From Octopus sinensis (lineage: Eukaryota): DNA of 64,000 nt. A model generated the notes under the pieces. The model saw only the letters and a list, made by a program, of their open reading frames with translations. It ran no database searches and was not told the DNA's origin. The DNA is taken from positions 14,322,001 through 14,386,000 of the forward strand of contig NC_043010.1 in the NCBI RefSeq assembly GCF_006345805.1, in the 5' to 3' direction. A program made the position numbers and the translations under genes. Of this stretch, positions 22,935 to 35,577 are shown piece after piece; the first letter of the stretch is position 1, and each line of letters begins with the position of its first letter.

Positions 22935-23289
22935 TTGGTATATAAGGCAGTTCTCCATTTTCTGATGTTGTTACCGTGTTAACTGTATCATAAGCATTTC
23001 TACTATTATAATTTGGCTGTAATTGGTGTTTTTCATTGCAGTTTAAATCTTTGTTGGTATTTAGACATGTATGTTTGCTAGATCCAGTAACCTTTGTTGC
23101 ATTTTACTGTTTTTGATGCATAAGCTACTCTAAATTAGTTAGTGTTAGGATACCTTCAGTGTGCCAATTAAAAATGGCATGATACTGATTAAATTTAGGT
23201 AAACATTTGTCCAGAGCAGCAAAATATTTTCCAGCAATCTTGGTTGAAACATGCAAACAAAAAATTGGGTTGAACCAAAGGATATTCTG

Positions 23290-23487
23290 ATTTCTGTGTG
23301 TGTATATGTGTATGTATATATATGTGTGTGTGTGTGTGTGTATGTGTATATATGTGTGTGTATATCTATGTGGGTAAATATATATACGTGTATGTGTATA
23401 TATGTCTGTGCATATGTTTGTGCATATATATGTACATATGTCTGCATATATATGCACACACGTCTGTGCATATATATATACACATAC

Positions 23488-23524
<37 letters not shown>

Positions 23525-23632
23525 CATACATACATACACGTCTGTGCATATGTGTGTATATATGCATATGTGTATATATGCATGTGTGTATATATATGTT
23601 TGTATATATATATGCATATGTGTGTATGTTTG

Positions 23633-23663
<31 letters not shown>

Positions 23664-23780
23664 ATGTTTGTATATATGTTTGTGTGTGTGTGTGTATGTT
23701 TGTATACATGTGTGTGTGTGTTTGTATACATGTGTGTGTGTGTATATATGTATATATGTGTGCGGATGTGTGTGTGTATA

Positions 23781-23829
<49 letters not shown>

Positions 23830-24000
23830 ATATATATATCTATATACATGTGTGTATATATATATATATATATGTATATACATGTGTGTATGTATATCTA
23901 TGTATATTTGTCTATATCAGTGTGGTGTGTGTATATATGTATATATATTTGTGTATGTATATATATATGAGTGTGTGTGTATACACACACACACACACAG
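23290..24000. repeat. Compound (TG)n/(TA)n microsatellite
   Basis: ~700 bp of alternating TG/TA runs. Confidence 0.95.
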
Positions 24001-24230
24001 AAAGAAAAAGCATTTTTATTGTCCACTTCTCCATCGTTGTGTCAGATGACATTGATTGGGAGAGATCTTTCTCTGGTCTGCTTCTCTTCCTCTCACCAAT
24101 CCTGACCTGTTTCCAAGTCGGGTAATAATTCCCCATGACCCTATTTGTTTCCATGGAAGACTGGAAACAAAAGATACAGTTTGCATGATGGTGACTTGTT
24201 TACCATTGTCACATGATGTCATTGTAATGA

Positions 24231-24272
<42 letters not shown>

Positions 24273-24887
24273 AATAGGCTTTCTCACATTTTTAGTCTTC
24301 GAAATTCACTCATAATTTTTTTGTTTGGCCTGGGGCTATAATAGAAGACACTTGCCCAAGGTATCCATATCCTTTTTATTCTGCAAGAGGGCTAAAGATA
24401 AAGTGTGTGATGTGTATGGTATGTGATGTTACTAAGAGCAATATGTAATATTTGAAACAATTTTATTTAAGTATTGCCTGTATTGTTAAGATGGTAATGT
24501 TAGAAAAAAAAATTTGTCCCCTTATAGATTGATATAAAAGAAAAGACAGGGAGGGGAAAAAAAGGAAAAATGTACACGATCGTTGTAATTTACAGGAAAT
24601 CTATTCATAGATATGTGAAAATTAGAATGGAGGTGGGGGAATTTAAAAAAAATGAAAGATATTGATTTTTTAAAAACCAACTAATACCTTATGTTGCGAG
24701 GAAATTGCAAAATTAGCAAAACAATCAACAAATGTGCAAACGAGTAGATTTAAATGGTATGTGCAATTTGTTGGTCTGGCAAATAGCAGCTTAGCTATGT
24801 GAGCATTTGATAATGGTGCACAGTAGGCTGGTGCACAAATAACAGTAATATTTAGAAAAATATGTTAAGTGCAAGAAGTGTGTATGC

Positions 24888-24937
<50 letters not shown>

Positions 24938-24977
24938 GTATGGTGCAAATATGGGTGTGTGTGTGTGTTATATGACA

Positions 24978-25355
24978 TGGCTGTGTAGTAGGTAACTTGC
25001 TTCCCAACCAGATGGTTCCGGGTTCAGTCCCACTGCCTGGCACTTAAGGTAAGTGTCTTCTATATCCTCAGGCTGACCAAAGCCTTGTGAGTGGATTTGG
25101 TAGATGGAAACTGAAAGAAGCCTGCCATGTGTGTGTGTGTGTGTGTCCGTGTGTCCCTCACTGCTGTTTCACAACTGGTGTTGTTGGTGTTTATCTTCCT
25201 GTAACTCAGTACTTTGGCAAATAAGACCAGCAGAGTAAGTACCAGGTTTCACAACAAGTTCTACACTCAATTGTTTTGACTTGAAAATTCGTCAAGGGTA
25301 TGCCTCAGCATGGCTGCAATCTAATGACTGAAACCAGTAGAAGAATAAAAGAATA
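24978..25355 (+). mobile_element. Family A SINE, diverged
   Basis: TGGCTGTGTAGTAGG...TGACTGAAACCAGTAGAAGAATAAAAG. Confidence 0.8.
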
Positions 25356-25761
25356 TATATAGTATTGTTGTATTTAGGAATGGTTATTTTGACAGTTTAG
25401 CCATTAAAAACACCTGCACTCTATATTCAGCGTTATTTATTTTTTACATTAATCTTAATCGTATTTCGGCCAGAGTTCTTTCGTCACACTTCTGTGACCT
25501 CATCAGTGGTCCTTTGCTTTCTTCATTCTTATTTGTGTGTCTCTCTTTACCAACGGTCAGCCATTTTGTATTTTGTATTTCTATTGTATGTGTCTTCATT
25601 TGCGCATGCGTATACCTCTATGTGTGTCTGTTTAGTTGGTGTGTGTGTGTGTGGTGGGAAGTGCCTGTAATATTTGTATCTCCTGTTTATATACATTCGT
25701 GTAATTAATATATATAGTAGATTAATAGATAAGCTGCAAGCACGTGTGTGTGTGTGTGTTA

Positions 25762-25895
25762 TTGTTCCCTTCCTCACCGCATGGCTCTGGATTGAGTGCC
25801 ATTGTGTAGAACTTTGGGCAAGTGTCTGGTACTGTAGCTCCAGGTCAGTCAAAGCCTTGTGAGTGGATTTGGTAGACAGAAACTGAAAGAATGCA
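25762..25895 (+). mobile_element. Partial family A SINE
   Basis: TTTGGGCAAGTGTCT...CCTTGTGAGTGGATTTGGTAGACAGAAACTGAAAG. Confidence 0.7.
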
Positions 25896-26583
25896 TGCAC
25901 GTGTGTGTTACTACCACCCTACTTTGGCATTGCATGATAGTTGCAAATGAGCATCGCTGTTTTGCAAGCAGTGTCTTTCATTACCCCAAACCTTCATGGA
26001 AACATGTCAGGTCATGGGGAAATGAAACCTTCTTTGGAAACAAGGAATGATGATAGGAAGGGCATCTAGCCATAGAAAATTTGTCTCATGCCTAGACATT
26101 TCTGTCCAGTCTTCACGCATCGTCCTTATTTCATGTCTATGTTTCACTATCATGCAACATTGCACTTTGTGCACAAACATCATAAAAATCTACACTTTCA
26201 GGAGAACTCCTTTATTGTCAACAGGAATATTAAGTCCCTAAACTTTTTCCCACCCCGTTGTTTACTCTGGCTACTATGATTTTAGACCACACCCACTGCT
26301 AATTATGTCAATTGGGTAACAAACTGTCAACTACACTAATGCTTTGATATACAAGTTAATTTGCCCCCCAGGGGCTGGGGGGACTGGTTGTAAAGTGAAA
26401 ACTTGTAAAGTAAAGCAATAATTTCCCATAGTAGCAATGTTATAATCGTAATTCATTCTCAGAAAAATATCTTACCCACAAGATTTATAATACTTGTAAA
26501 TAAATGGCAATAAAACAACAATAGAATGTAAAGAATATTTTATGTAAAGTAAAAAGAATGTCAAGATCATCTCTATGTATAAA

Positions 26584-26979
26584 TCTTTATATATAAAAGA
26601 GAGGTTGTGTGTCTGTCTCCTACAATTTAGATTCCTAACTACTCCCACATTTTGCGGTGCAGTTTAACCAAAAGCGGATATCTTATAGTCGTGATTCATA
26701 TCGAGCCCTTCTGGGTATTAGCGCGCGTCTACGATGAGTTTACGATTTTAAAAAAAATTTACCATTTTTTCCATTTTTAATGCATTTTTGTTGCTATTAT
26801 ATAAGGGAAGTAACTCTCTAAAAATGTCTACGATGAGTCAACAATTTAAAAAAAAATTTACCATAATTTCTTTTCCATTTTTAATGCATTTTTTTGCTAT
26901 TTTTTGGCTATAACTCTCTAAAAATGCTTATATAGTTATTTCCCTTACAAACCCGAGCAACGCCGGACGATACTGCTAG
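26584..26979 (+). mobile_element. Non-autonomous Helitron
   Basis: Same family as 22540-22934; TC...CTAG|T ends; internal ~85-bp duplication. Confidence 0.8.
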
Positions 26980-27520
26980 TTTATAATAAAAAATATATTA
27001 TAATCGTTTTCTGAATCACTTTCACTCACACTAGACCATCACTTGCAGATGCGATCACCAATTCTTAAGCGCTCGTAGATGGACTTTTAGATTTCATTTA
27101 AAAAAAAAAAAAAAGTTTGAGTTGTTTGTTTAGAAGAAGCTTTCTTTTTTTTTTGTTCTCTATAAATTTCTTGGTAATATGCAGAAGCACTTGTTATGGG
27201 AGTAGAAACTTTTGCACTTTGTTCAAAATTTGGATAAATGAAACTTGTAAACCTGGGGGTCCTTGTAAAGTGAGATTTTACTGTACATCTTTCGGAGCCT
27301 TCCAAGCATTTTATACAGTATATTTCATTGTTGTTCTTACTACTTTTATGTATCTGCTACATGCAAAATCCTCTTTGTCTTTTATCCTATCTGTAATCCT
27401 TCTCATCTTCCCCTTGTTCATCCATAGTTTACATAGGGTACACTGAATGAAATTCTTATCTGCATTTTTTTTGTCTTGTGTATTTATCACAGCTGCTTCC
27501 AGGTGGCGGTAGTGTCTTCA

Positions 27521-27752
27521 AAGGTGGTGAGCTGGCAGAAACTTTAGCACGCCGGCAAAATGCTTAGCTGTATTTCGTCTGCCGCTACGTTCTGAGTTCA
27601 AATTCCGCCGAGGTCGACTTTGCCTTTCATCCTTTCGGGGTCGATTAAATAAGTACCAGTTATGCACTGGGGTCGATGTAATCGACTTAATCCATTTGTC
27701 TGTCCTTGTTTGTCCACTCTGTGTTTAGCCCCTTGTGGGTAGTAAAGAAATA
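27521..27752 (+). mobile_element. Family C tRNA SINE, intact
   Basis: TGGCAGAA A-box region, GAGTTCAAATTCC B-box, GCCTTTCATCCTTTCGGGGTCGAT body; 13-bp TSD GGTAGTGTCTTCA. Confidence 0.88.
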
Positions 27753-27993
27753 GGTAGTGTCTTCATTACTGCTAACTAAAACTTTTACCTTTGTTTACTT
27801 TAAGATTTCTCAATTCTAAACTTTTCTATGTTTGGAATTTCTTTAAATGTTCGATAGATTCCACTATGCAAACTATGTCGGACTGTCATTAGCTTATAGT
27901 TCTCATAGATGTCAAATTAAAACAAGATGTAAGGAAAGGAAACAAACCCGAATATCAATAATCCCTTAAAATATTCAACTTATAACTGAGTTT

Positions 27994-28397
27994 GGATCTT
28001 TTCGGTTTGAACGGCAGTTTTTAACATAATTTCTAGGTAACTAAAAAATTTTAAGCTTTGTATACTGGTAGAATGTGTTTATAAAACATCTTTTTCTCTT
28101 GGCTTTATTGAGAAAATTCTATGGTTTGTAAGATATTTGTTGTTTTTTTCCTTCAATTTCTGCAATTTCAACCAATCAATGACCGCCTATTGAGGTGAAA
28201 ACATTCTGTGCCATGTGAAAATGTCCCTCGTTTAAGAAACAGATTGGGTTTATTTACATTTCTGAAGAAAAAAGATACCCTTCCCCCTAACCCTAAAAGA
28301 GATTGAAATGCAATAGATCAATACTAGGGTCATAATTATGGGTGACAATTTTATATGACACTGCTAGAAAAAACTGCCATTCAAACCGAAAAGATCC
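27994..28397 (+). mobile_element. hAT-type GGATC MITE
   Basis: Perfect 8-bp TSD CTGAGTTT. Confidence 0.9.
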
Positions 28398-28567
28398 CTG
28401 AGTTTACCTTTCTAAAGCTGGTTTTGTTAGCCACTCGAGGGCTAGGAACCAAACCAAGTCAAAACAAATCTTTGCCAACTGCAAGAACATGTCTGTCAGT
28501 GTAATAAATGCTGTATTTCTTTGAGTGGCCTGAAGAGGGCAATGTCTTTTGTACACAATGCAGAATT

Positions 28568-29075
28568 TGTAGCTTGTTTGTTCCTTCTCGAGCCATGCCT
28601 GGCTCATAAGGGCCGGTTTCCTGGTTTCTTGGCGTATGGGTTCCACACCTGGACGGCACGCCGGTGAGCTGCAAGATGCAGGAGGAAAGAGTGAGAGAAA
28701 GTTGTGGCGAAAGAGTCAGCAGAAGTTCGCCATGACCTTCTGCCGGAGCCGTGTGGAGCTTAGGTGTTTTCGCTCATAAACACACACACATTACCCAGTC
28801 TGAGATTTGAACTCGTGATCCAGTGCTTTTCAACCGTTTTGCTAGAGCGGAACCCCAAGGAAACATTCCACTGGCTCGAGGAACCCCTGTGCAATAATTT
28901 AATAGTCTTATGCACACATATCTGCACAGGAGAATTAAAAATTACTGCCGATTTTAGCAGTTTTGTAACTTCTTGCGGAACCCCTGGACTGTACTGGTAG
29001 AACCCTAGTTGAAAACCACTGCCATGATCCCTTGACCGCGAGTCCGCTACTCTAACCACTAGGCCACGTGCCTCC
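28568..29075 (-). mobile_element. Family B SINE (tail type 1) interrupted by a MITE
   Basis: Reverse match to 351-654; 14-bp TSD ACACAATGCAGAAT. Confidence 0.85.
28821..29021. mobile_element. hAT-type MITE nested in the family B SINE head
   Basis: CAGTGCTTTTCAAC / GTTGAAAACCACTG TIR; flanks TCGTGATC / CCATGATC. Confidence 0.8.
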
Positions 29076-29543
29076 ACACAATGCAGAATCGTGCTCTATA
29101 GTTAACAAATGTCTCATTCATAGAGTATGCATTGTTTGATTTGTGTATTCTTAATACATGTAAAGATGGAAGTATTACTCACACTGCAGCACAATGCTGG
29201 AATGAACATACAGATATACATGTCACAAACAAAGTAAACGTGACTGATGGCATAAATCTAATGATAAGAATTTTAAACGTCTGAAATAACTGCCTTGATG
29301 TTTGCTAACCATGAAAATGAGGCATTGACATGTGCCAATAAGAATTTGCATTGATGACAAGGCTGTGAATGTCTAGTAAATGTTGATTATAATGAATTTA
29401 GGGACTTTAATGTTCGAAATGAACTCTAAGGGATTCATGTGGAGGTAATAAAAAAAGTTATCACTAGAACATCTATGTTTTTAATACACACCTACATACA
29501 TACATATGCGCACACACACATATGTGCATGCCTACTTACATAT

Positions 29544-29877
29544 ACTCTTTTACTTGTTTCAGTCATGTGACTGTGGCCGTGCTGGAGCACCGCATTTGGA
29601 CTTATTCTATCAGTCTCTTTTGCCGAACCGCTAAGTTACAGGAACGTAAACACACCAGCATCGGTTGTCAAGCGATGTTGGGGGGACAAACACAGACACA
29701 AACATATACATATATACAACGGGCTTTTTTCAGTTTCCGTCTACCAAATCCACTCACAAGGCTTTGGTCGGCTTGAGGCTATAGTAGAAGACACTTGCCC
29801 AAGGTGCCACGCAGTGGGACTGAACCCGGAACCATGTGGTTGGTAAGCAAGCTACTTACCACACAGCCACTCCTACG
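29544..29877 (-). mobile_element. Family A SINE
   Basis: Reverse match with a small internal deletion. Confidence 0.88.
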
Positions 29878-29932
29878 CGTATATAAATTTTTTTGTTGTC
29901 TGGGTCTTCAAGTATTGACTAATGGTTTAGAT

Positions 29933-30443
29933 CAAGGGTGGGGAAACTTTTTAGTGCTGTGGGCAAAAATTTCCAAAGAAAAAGGTCTGCAGGTGGATCA
30001 CAAGTTCTAACACTTATACCTGTGTAAATCTTGTATATATCTATGTATAATTTGATATACATTAATAAAGGTAAGTTTAATACATTAATGTGTAACATCT
30101 TCATTAACACCGCCACCGAATTTAGTACGTTTATATTACTTATGATACTATATTTTTCAACTAGAGGGTCTCAAGGGGGTGGTACAAACCTAGCAATGTG
30201 TGTTTTATAGTGAAAACAAAATTTCCATTCAAATGGCTATTACTGGACAATTTTCTATTCAAGTCTGTTTTAAGTTGTAGTGGAAACGTGACCCATGTCG
30301 CAAAGAGGCATATGAGTATTGTATAAATTTTATAATTGAAAAATTGACTATATTTTGTACATACAAGTATACCAGCCTGCGGGCACAATAAAATGGGCCT
30401 GCTGGTGCAATTGTGCCCATAGGCGGGGGTTTCCCCACCCATG
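29933..30443. mobile_element. hAT-type non-autonomous element (~510 bp)
   Basis: CAAGGGTGGGGAAAC / GTTTCCCCACCCATG TIR; TSD GTTTAGAT/CTTTAGAT. Confidence 0.75.
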
Positions 30444-30859
30444 CTTTAGATAATCAAGCTGGTAGAATAGGCCATTAGGTGACATGTGACAGTCTATCAC
30501 TGTCAAAGTGGAATTTACATTAAATTTCAACTCTTTCAATATTGAGTCATCCCACCAGTAAATGTATTGTATTCAAACCAAATTTAAAATAATAACTTTC
30601 ATTTAACATGTACACACACACACACACACACACACACATATTATGCATGATACAATGTAATTGAGAACTGAAATGAATTTAGATATGAAGCCTTGCTATG
30701 GATTAGATAAGAATGTAACAACATGGTACGGATGTTTACCTATTTAAATCATAGTAAGGCTTTATAATGTTTCAATGCACATTTGTGTATTGAAATGTGT
30801 ATGTATATATATAAATATATATATACACATATGATAGATCGTTAGCTCCTACATGCATT

Positions 30860-31004
30860 TTTTTCTGTGTATCTTTCTGACGAAGAGCGTAGGCTCGAAA
30901 CGTAAAAGACTTGTTTTATTTCTATTCCTGAGCGCCATACTAATACATTTGTTTGTTTGTACTCCACCTGCCTTCGTCTTTTGTTTATTTTCGTAAACCT
31001 TCCC

Positions 31005-31008
<4 letters not shown>
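30860..31008 (+). mobile_element. Short hammerhead-bearing repeat (family F), probably Penelope-related
   Basis: ~150-bp unit repeated at 35205-35347; both are followed by a TA-repeat tract. Confidence 0.65.
30872..30909 (+). ncRNA. Minimal type I hammerhead ribozyme motif
   Basis: TCTTT-CTGACGA-A-GAGC(GTAG)GCTC-GAAA-C-G-T-A-AAAGA: 5-bp stem I, 4-bp stem II, loopless palindromic ACGT stem III, GUA cleavage triplet. Confidence 0.7.
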
Positions 31009-31074
<66 letters not shown>

Positions 31075-31425
31075 TACCTACACTTAAATACACATGAATG
31101 TATATGCATTTTACACATTTGTATACTTGTGCCATCAAAAGATGATGGCATTTTAAAAGAAACTAAAGCTATTAATAAATTCACTGACTGTACATACATT
31201 CAATATATTAGAAACTTGTTGACTAAGATTATTTCATTTATTGACAATATTTTGAAGAATTAAATATAAAATTAAATATGAAGAAAAGTTAAATCTTTTA
31301 TTTTGTTTCGATCATTAGGCTGTAACTATGTTGGGGTATCAACTTGAAGAATTATAGTCAAAGGAATCAACTAAAAGGTGGTGCTCCAGCATGGCCGCAG
31401 TCGAATGACTGAAACGAGTAAAAGA

Positions 31426-31604
31426 GTAATATTTTGTCCTTAAGAAGTTTCTTTATTATTTTGTTCATGACTTAGTCCCGTAATGATGTAACTGTGATAC
31501 ATGCATTGACCTGCCACAGGGTTATCATGTTATAAAATGCTTATCTACAAGTATTTACTTAACTCTAAAATATGTCCAGTACATGTAAGTGACACTCCTA
31601 TAAC
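31426..31604 (+). repeat. 179-bp dispersed duplication of 37659-37837
   Basis: Two mismatches by eye; both copies directly follow a family A SINE tail. Confidence 0.9.
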
Positions 31605-31729
31605 TGTTAGCCTGTTTTGCTGAACCGCTGAGTTACGAGGATGTAAACATGCCAACACCGGTTGTCAAGTCAAGTGGTGGTGAGGTACAAACATGGACAC
31701 AAAGATCCACACACAAATATATCTATCCA

Positions 31730-31895
31730 TGTCCTGTGCCAGTATCACATAAAAAGCACCCGGTACACTCTGTAAAGTGGTTGACACTAGGAAGGGCATC
31801 CAGCTGTAAAAATCGTGCCGAGAAACAGACAACTGAAATCTGGTGCAGTCCTCTTGCTTGCCAGCTCCTCTCAGAACTGTTTAATTCATTAGGAT
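31730..31895 (+). mobile_element. Family D SINE fragment
   Basis: AAAAAGCACC...GGAAGGGCATCCAGCTGTAAAAA. Confidence 0.6.
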
Positions 31896-32298
31896 GCAGT
31901 CTGAGGGAAACTCGACTGCTATTTTACTTTGTAGTTAAGTGACCATTGTGGGTTGGCTTGTTGCATTGCTTGGAGCACTTTTTACTATTGTTACTAGCAC
32001 CATCATAGCATTACTTTTATATGGTACCTGTAATACTACCATCATAGTATTACTACTCTGGTACTAGCGTTAGTTTGAACAAGGATTTTATTACATAACA
32101 CAACCTTGGAGAAATTGTTTTCATAACCACTTTACTAATAACGAAAAATGGGCTTTATCGTCATAGGAGGAATATACGGAAGCAAAATCTATGCAGGTGG
32201 ATATTGTTAGAAAGTCAAGGGTAATGTGTGATAAAATGAGAGAAGTGGCTCTGTAGAGTGTGTAGGAAATGTATATTGTACATCATTAAGATGTACAA

Positions 32299-32748
32299 GA
32301 CCTCCCTTTGCAAATACCATAAGGGCACAGAAAGTGTGCCTAAAGCCAGCTGGAGACGATGTTCTCCTGGGGCTATAAGCTACAGTAACACCCACACTTA
32401 GTGGTTAGCCACATTGAGATGGCTAGTCTACCTTACATTGTCGTGCAGTTACTGTTTACATCTCGTTCAGAGATTTATTATTGCTTGCATACAGTTTTTT
32501 GAGATCAGTGACGAAAAGTTACTGGAAAAACGGTGATTGTTGTATGCTGATGACAGATCAAAACCTAGAAACTGCAGTCCGTGCGTATCACTTAGGTTGA
32601 CGAGGGAAGGGTGACCTCCCTTTGCAAATACCATAAGGGCACAGAAAGTGTGCCTAAAGCCAGCTGGAGATGATGATCTCCTGGGGCTACAAGCTACAGT
32701 AACACCCACCCTTAGTGGTTAGCCATATTGAGATGGCAAGTATACCTA
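32299..32748. repeat. Two ~135-bp direct repeats (from 32299 and 32613) with Helitron-related 3' part
   Basis: GACCTCCCTTTGCAAATACC...GGTTAGCCA(C/T)ATTGAGATGGC; the last ~60 bp match 22808-22870. Confidence 0.75.
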
Positions 32749-33554
32749 ATATATATTGGGTAGTTTCACTGAAACTGTGCTGTGAGAGGGTTATTTACTG
32801 ATGTAGCTACTATATTTGAATGTATGTTTGAATGTATGTTTAGTGTGTGGAGAACTGGCGCTTGGAAATGGTGTGAAGTTGGAAGGAAAAGGTGTGTTGC
32901 TATGATTTATGGAAGTGCGATGCGAGGGATGAATATGGAATGGCAAAAAAAGGAAAAATGCTGGGAAGAAGGAATGAGACTGGTCTGGCAGATGTGTAGA
33001 TTTGTTGAGAGAGAGAGAGAGAGAAAGAAAGCCCCCCCCCCCGTGGTGAAGATAATAAATTGCAGGGAATGATAGGGATTGAATTGGTAATGGATACTAC
33101 AAAGAGAAAAGGGATGAAATAGCTGGGGTCATGTACTGAGGAAGGATAAAGTTGACTGGGTGATGGGGAATGATGGAAATGAATGTGGAAGGAAGTGGAT
33201 GAGGATGTGGAGGAGGAGGACTGAGAAAGTCATAGCTAAAGATAATGGAGGTGGAAATAAAGGCAAAGGGATTGGTTAAGGGAGTAGAGGATTGGTAAAG
33301 TGGGTGCCACCAATCCTAAAAGGCTAACTCCTGCTTTAACTGGGGAAATATAGAGATATGTTGTGACATGAGAGGAAAACTAATTGAAGAATCTATAAAA
33401 TTTTGCAAGGAAATATAATGGAGAGCTTTTTGTTTTTATACCTATGGGAACACTAAACTAATTTCTGTGAGCTAAGGGAACGGTATCCTTGGATCCGAGG
33501 TGTTACACTCACAAAATACTGCCTTATGTCCTCTATAAATTAATACCCCACATA

Positions 33555-33955
33555 GGCGCAGGAGTGGCTGTGTGGTAAGTAGCTTGCTAACCAACCACAT
33601 GGTTCCGGGTTCAGTCCCACTGCGTGGCATCTTGGGCAAGTGTCTTCTGCTATAGCCCCGGGCCGACCAATGCCTTGTGAGTGGATTTGGTAGACGGAAA
33701 CTGAAAGAAGCCTGTCGTATATATGTATATGTGTGTGTGTGTGTGTGTTTGTGTGTGTGTTTGTCCCCCTAGCATTGCTTGACAACCGATGCTGGTGTGT
33801 TTACGTCCCCGTCACTTAGCGGTTCAGCAAAAGAGACCGATAGAATAAGTACTGGGCTTACAAAGAATAAGTCCCGGGGTTGATTTGCTCGACTAAAGGT
33901 GGTGCTCCAGCATGGCATCAGTCAAATGGCTGAAACAAGTAAAAGAGTAAAGAGT
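33555..33955 (+). mobile_element. Family A SINE, full length
   Basis: High similarity to 4683-5098. Confidence 0.9.
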
Positions 33956-34169
33956 ATAAAAAGAAGAAAGATTTTAGTACATGTTTAGTGAATTTTTTTC
34001 TCTAAATCTTCTCCTTGAAATCCTCACATTGAAATTGAAGGGATTGACCATCATTCTAGTGAAATGACTTGTATGATTTTTACTATTGCAAACACATTTT
34101 TCAAGAGAGAATAACTAAAGAAAAAAATGTATTTTTGACTGCACCTATGCTAGGGCGTTGCTTTGAAGG

Positions 34170-34298
34170 TTTTAAGCTGAACAAAGTGATCCTGGTATTT
34201 CTTTACGTTTGGTACTAAGTACTGTTGATCATTTTTGCTGAACTGTTAAGTTACAGGGACATAAACAAACCAACACTTGTCAAGTGATGGAGGTGCAT

Positions 34299-34339
<41 letters not shown>

Positions 34340-34505
34340 TGCACGGAGTGGGCTTTCATAGGGTTATTCTCTGCCAAATTCATTCTCAAGGCATTAGCTA
34401 GCTCAAGGCTATAATAGAAGACACTTGCTCAAGATGCCGTGCAGAGAGACTGAACCCCAAATCCTTTGGTTGTAAAGTGAACTTAACTGCAAAGCCATGC
34501 TCGTG
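34170..34505 (-). mobile_element. Old diverged family A SINE
   Basis: Degenerate match with an internal (CA)n tract. Confidence 0.6.
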
Positions 34506-34644
34506 CCAAATGGTGGAGGATTATGGGTAAAAGAAATGTTTATATAAACATAATGTTCAGTTGTTTTTCCTCCTACAGTACTCCTAGATACTCTTAGGCA
34601 GTTGAGTCTATTTCCTCTTGCTCATAAGCATAGACGCTCAATCA

Positions 34645-34705
<61 letters not shown>

Positions 34706-34724
34706 CCTCCTCCAAATTTGGGCA

Positions 34725-34875
34725 GCATGGCTGTGTGGCAGGAAGCTTGCTTCCCAACCACATAGTTTCTAGATCAGTCCTACTATGTGGTACCTTGGGC
34801 AAGTGTCCTCTGCTATATCCTCTAGCTGAACAAAGCCTTAAGTGGATTTGTTAGACAGGATCTGAAAGAAGCTTG
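34725..34875 (+). mobile_element. Partial family A SINE (5' half)
   Basis: TGGCTGTGTGG...CCTTGGGCAAGTGTCC. Confidence 0.7.
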
Positions 34876-34904
34876 GTGTGGTCCAGCATGACCACAACCT
34901 CTGG

Positions 34905-35095
34905 GATCATCATCATTTAACGTCCGCTTTCCATGCTAGCATGGGTTGGACGGTTCAACTGGGGTCTGGGGAGCCCGAAAGCTGCACCAGTCCAGTCAGA
35001 TCTGGCAGTGTTTCTACAGCTGGATGCCCTTCCTAACGCCAACCCCTTCCTAACGCCAACCGACCCTTCCTAACGCCAACCCCTTCCTAACGCCA
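34905..35095 (-). mobile_element. Family D SINE 3' part with a 4x CCCTTCCTAACGCCAAC slippage repeat
   Basis: CATCATCATTTAACGTCCGCTTTCCATGCTAGCATGGG...; ~17-bp tandem units at the truncation point. Confidence 0.8.
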
Positions 35096-35126
35096 AAAAA
35101 TAAAATAAAATGCGTGTGTGTGTGTG

Positions 35127-35182
<56 letters not shown>

Positions 35183-35204
35183 TCTCCTTGTTTCTCTTGT
35201 TTTT

Positions 35205-35346
35205 TTTTCTGTGTATCTTTGTCGAAGAGCGTAGGCTTGAAACGTAAAAGACTTGTTCTTTTTCTATTCCCGACTCCATACTAATACATTTGTTTGTTTG
35301 TACTCCACCTGCCTTCGTCTTTTGTTTATTTTCGTAAACCTTCCCG

Positions 35347-35347
<1 letters not shown>
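35205..35347 (+). mobile_element. Family F repeat, hammerhead core mutated
   Basis: TCTTTGTCGAAGAGCGTAGGCTTGAAACGTAAAAGAC; the CTGA core is lost. Confidence 0.65.
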
Positions 35348-35364
<17 letters not shown>

Positions 35365-35384
<20 letters not shown>

Positions 35385-35577
35385 TTGTGTTTGGACCCCA
35401 CCACTGTGTTTATGTTCCTGTAACTTAGCGCTTTGGCAAAAGAGACTGATAGAATAAGCACCAGTCTAAAAGGAAAAAAAAAAAGATACGGGGTTTGATT
35501 CATTTGATAAAAAGATTTCTTCGAGGCACTTCCCCAGCATGGTTGCAGTCTAATGACTGAAATGCGTAAAAGATAAA
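35365..35577 (+). mobile_element. Family A SINE 3' half, diverged
   Basis: GTAACTTAGCG...CCAGCATGGTTGCAGTCTAATGACTGAAA. Confidence 0.65.

Noticed and set aside
19335-24125. Many ORFs of 110-294 aa (Y/I/H/T or V/C/Y-rich)
   Set aside because: They are translations of (TA)/(TG)/(CA) repeats that lack stop codons; open on both strands with no protein-like complexity.
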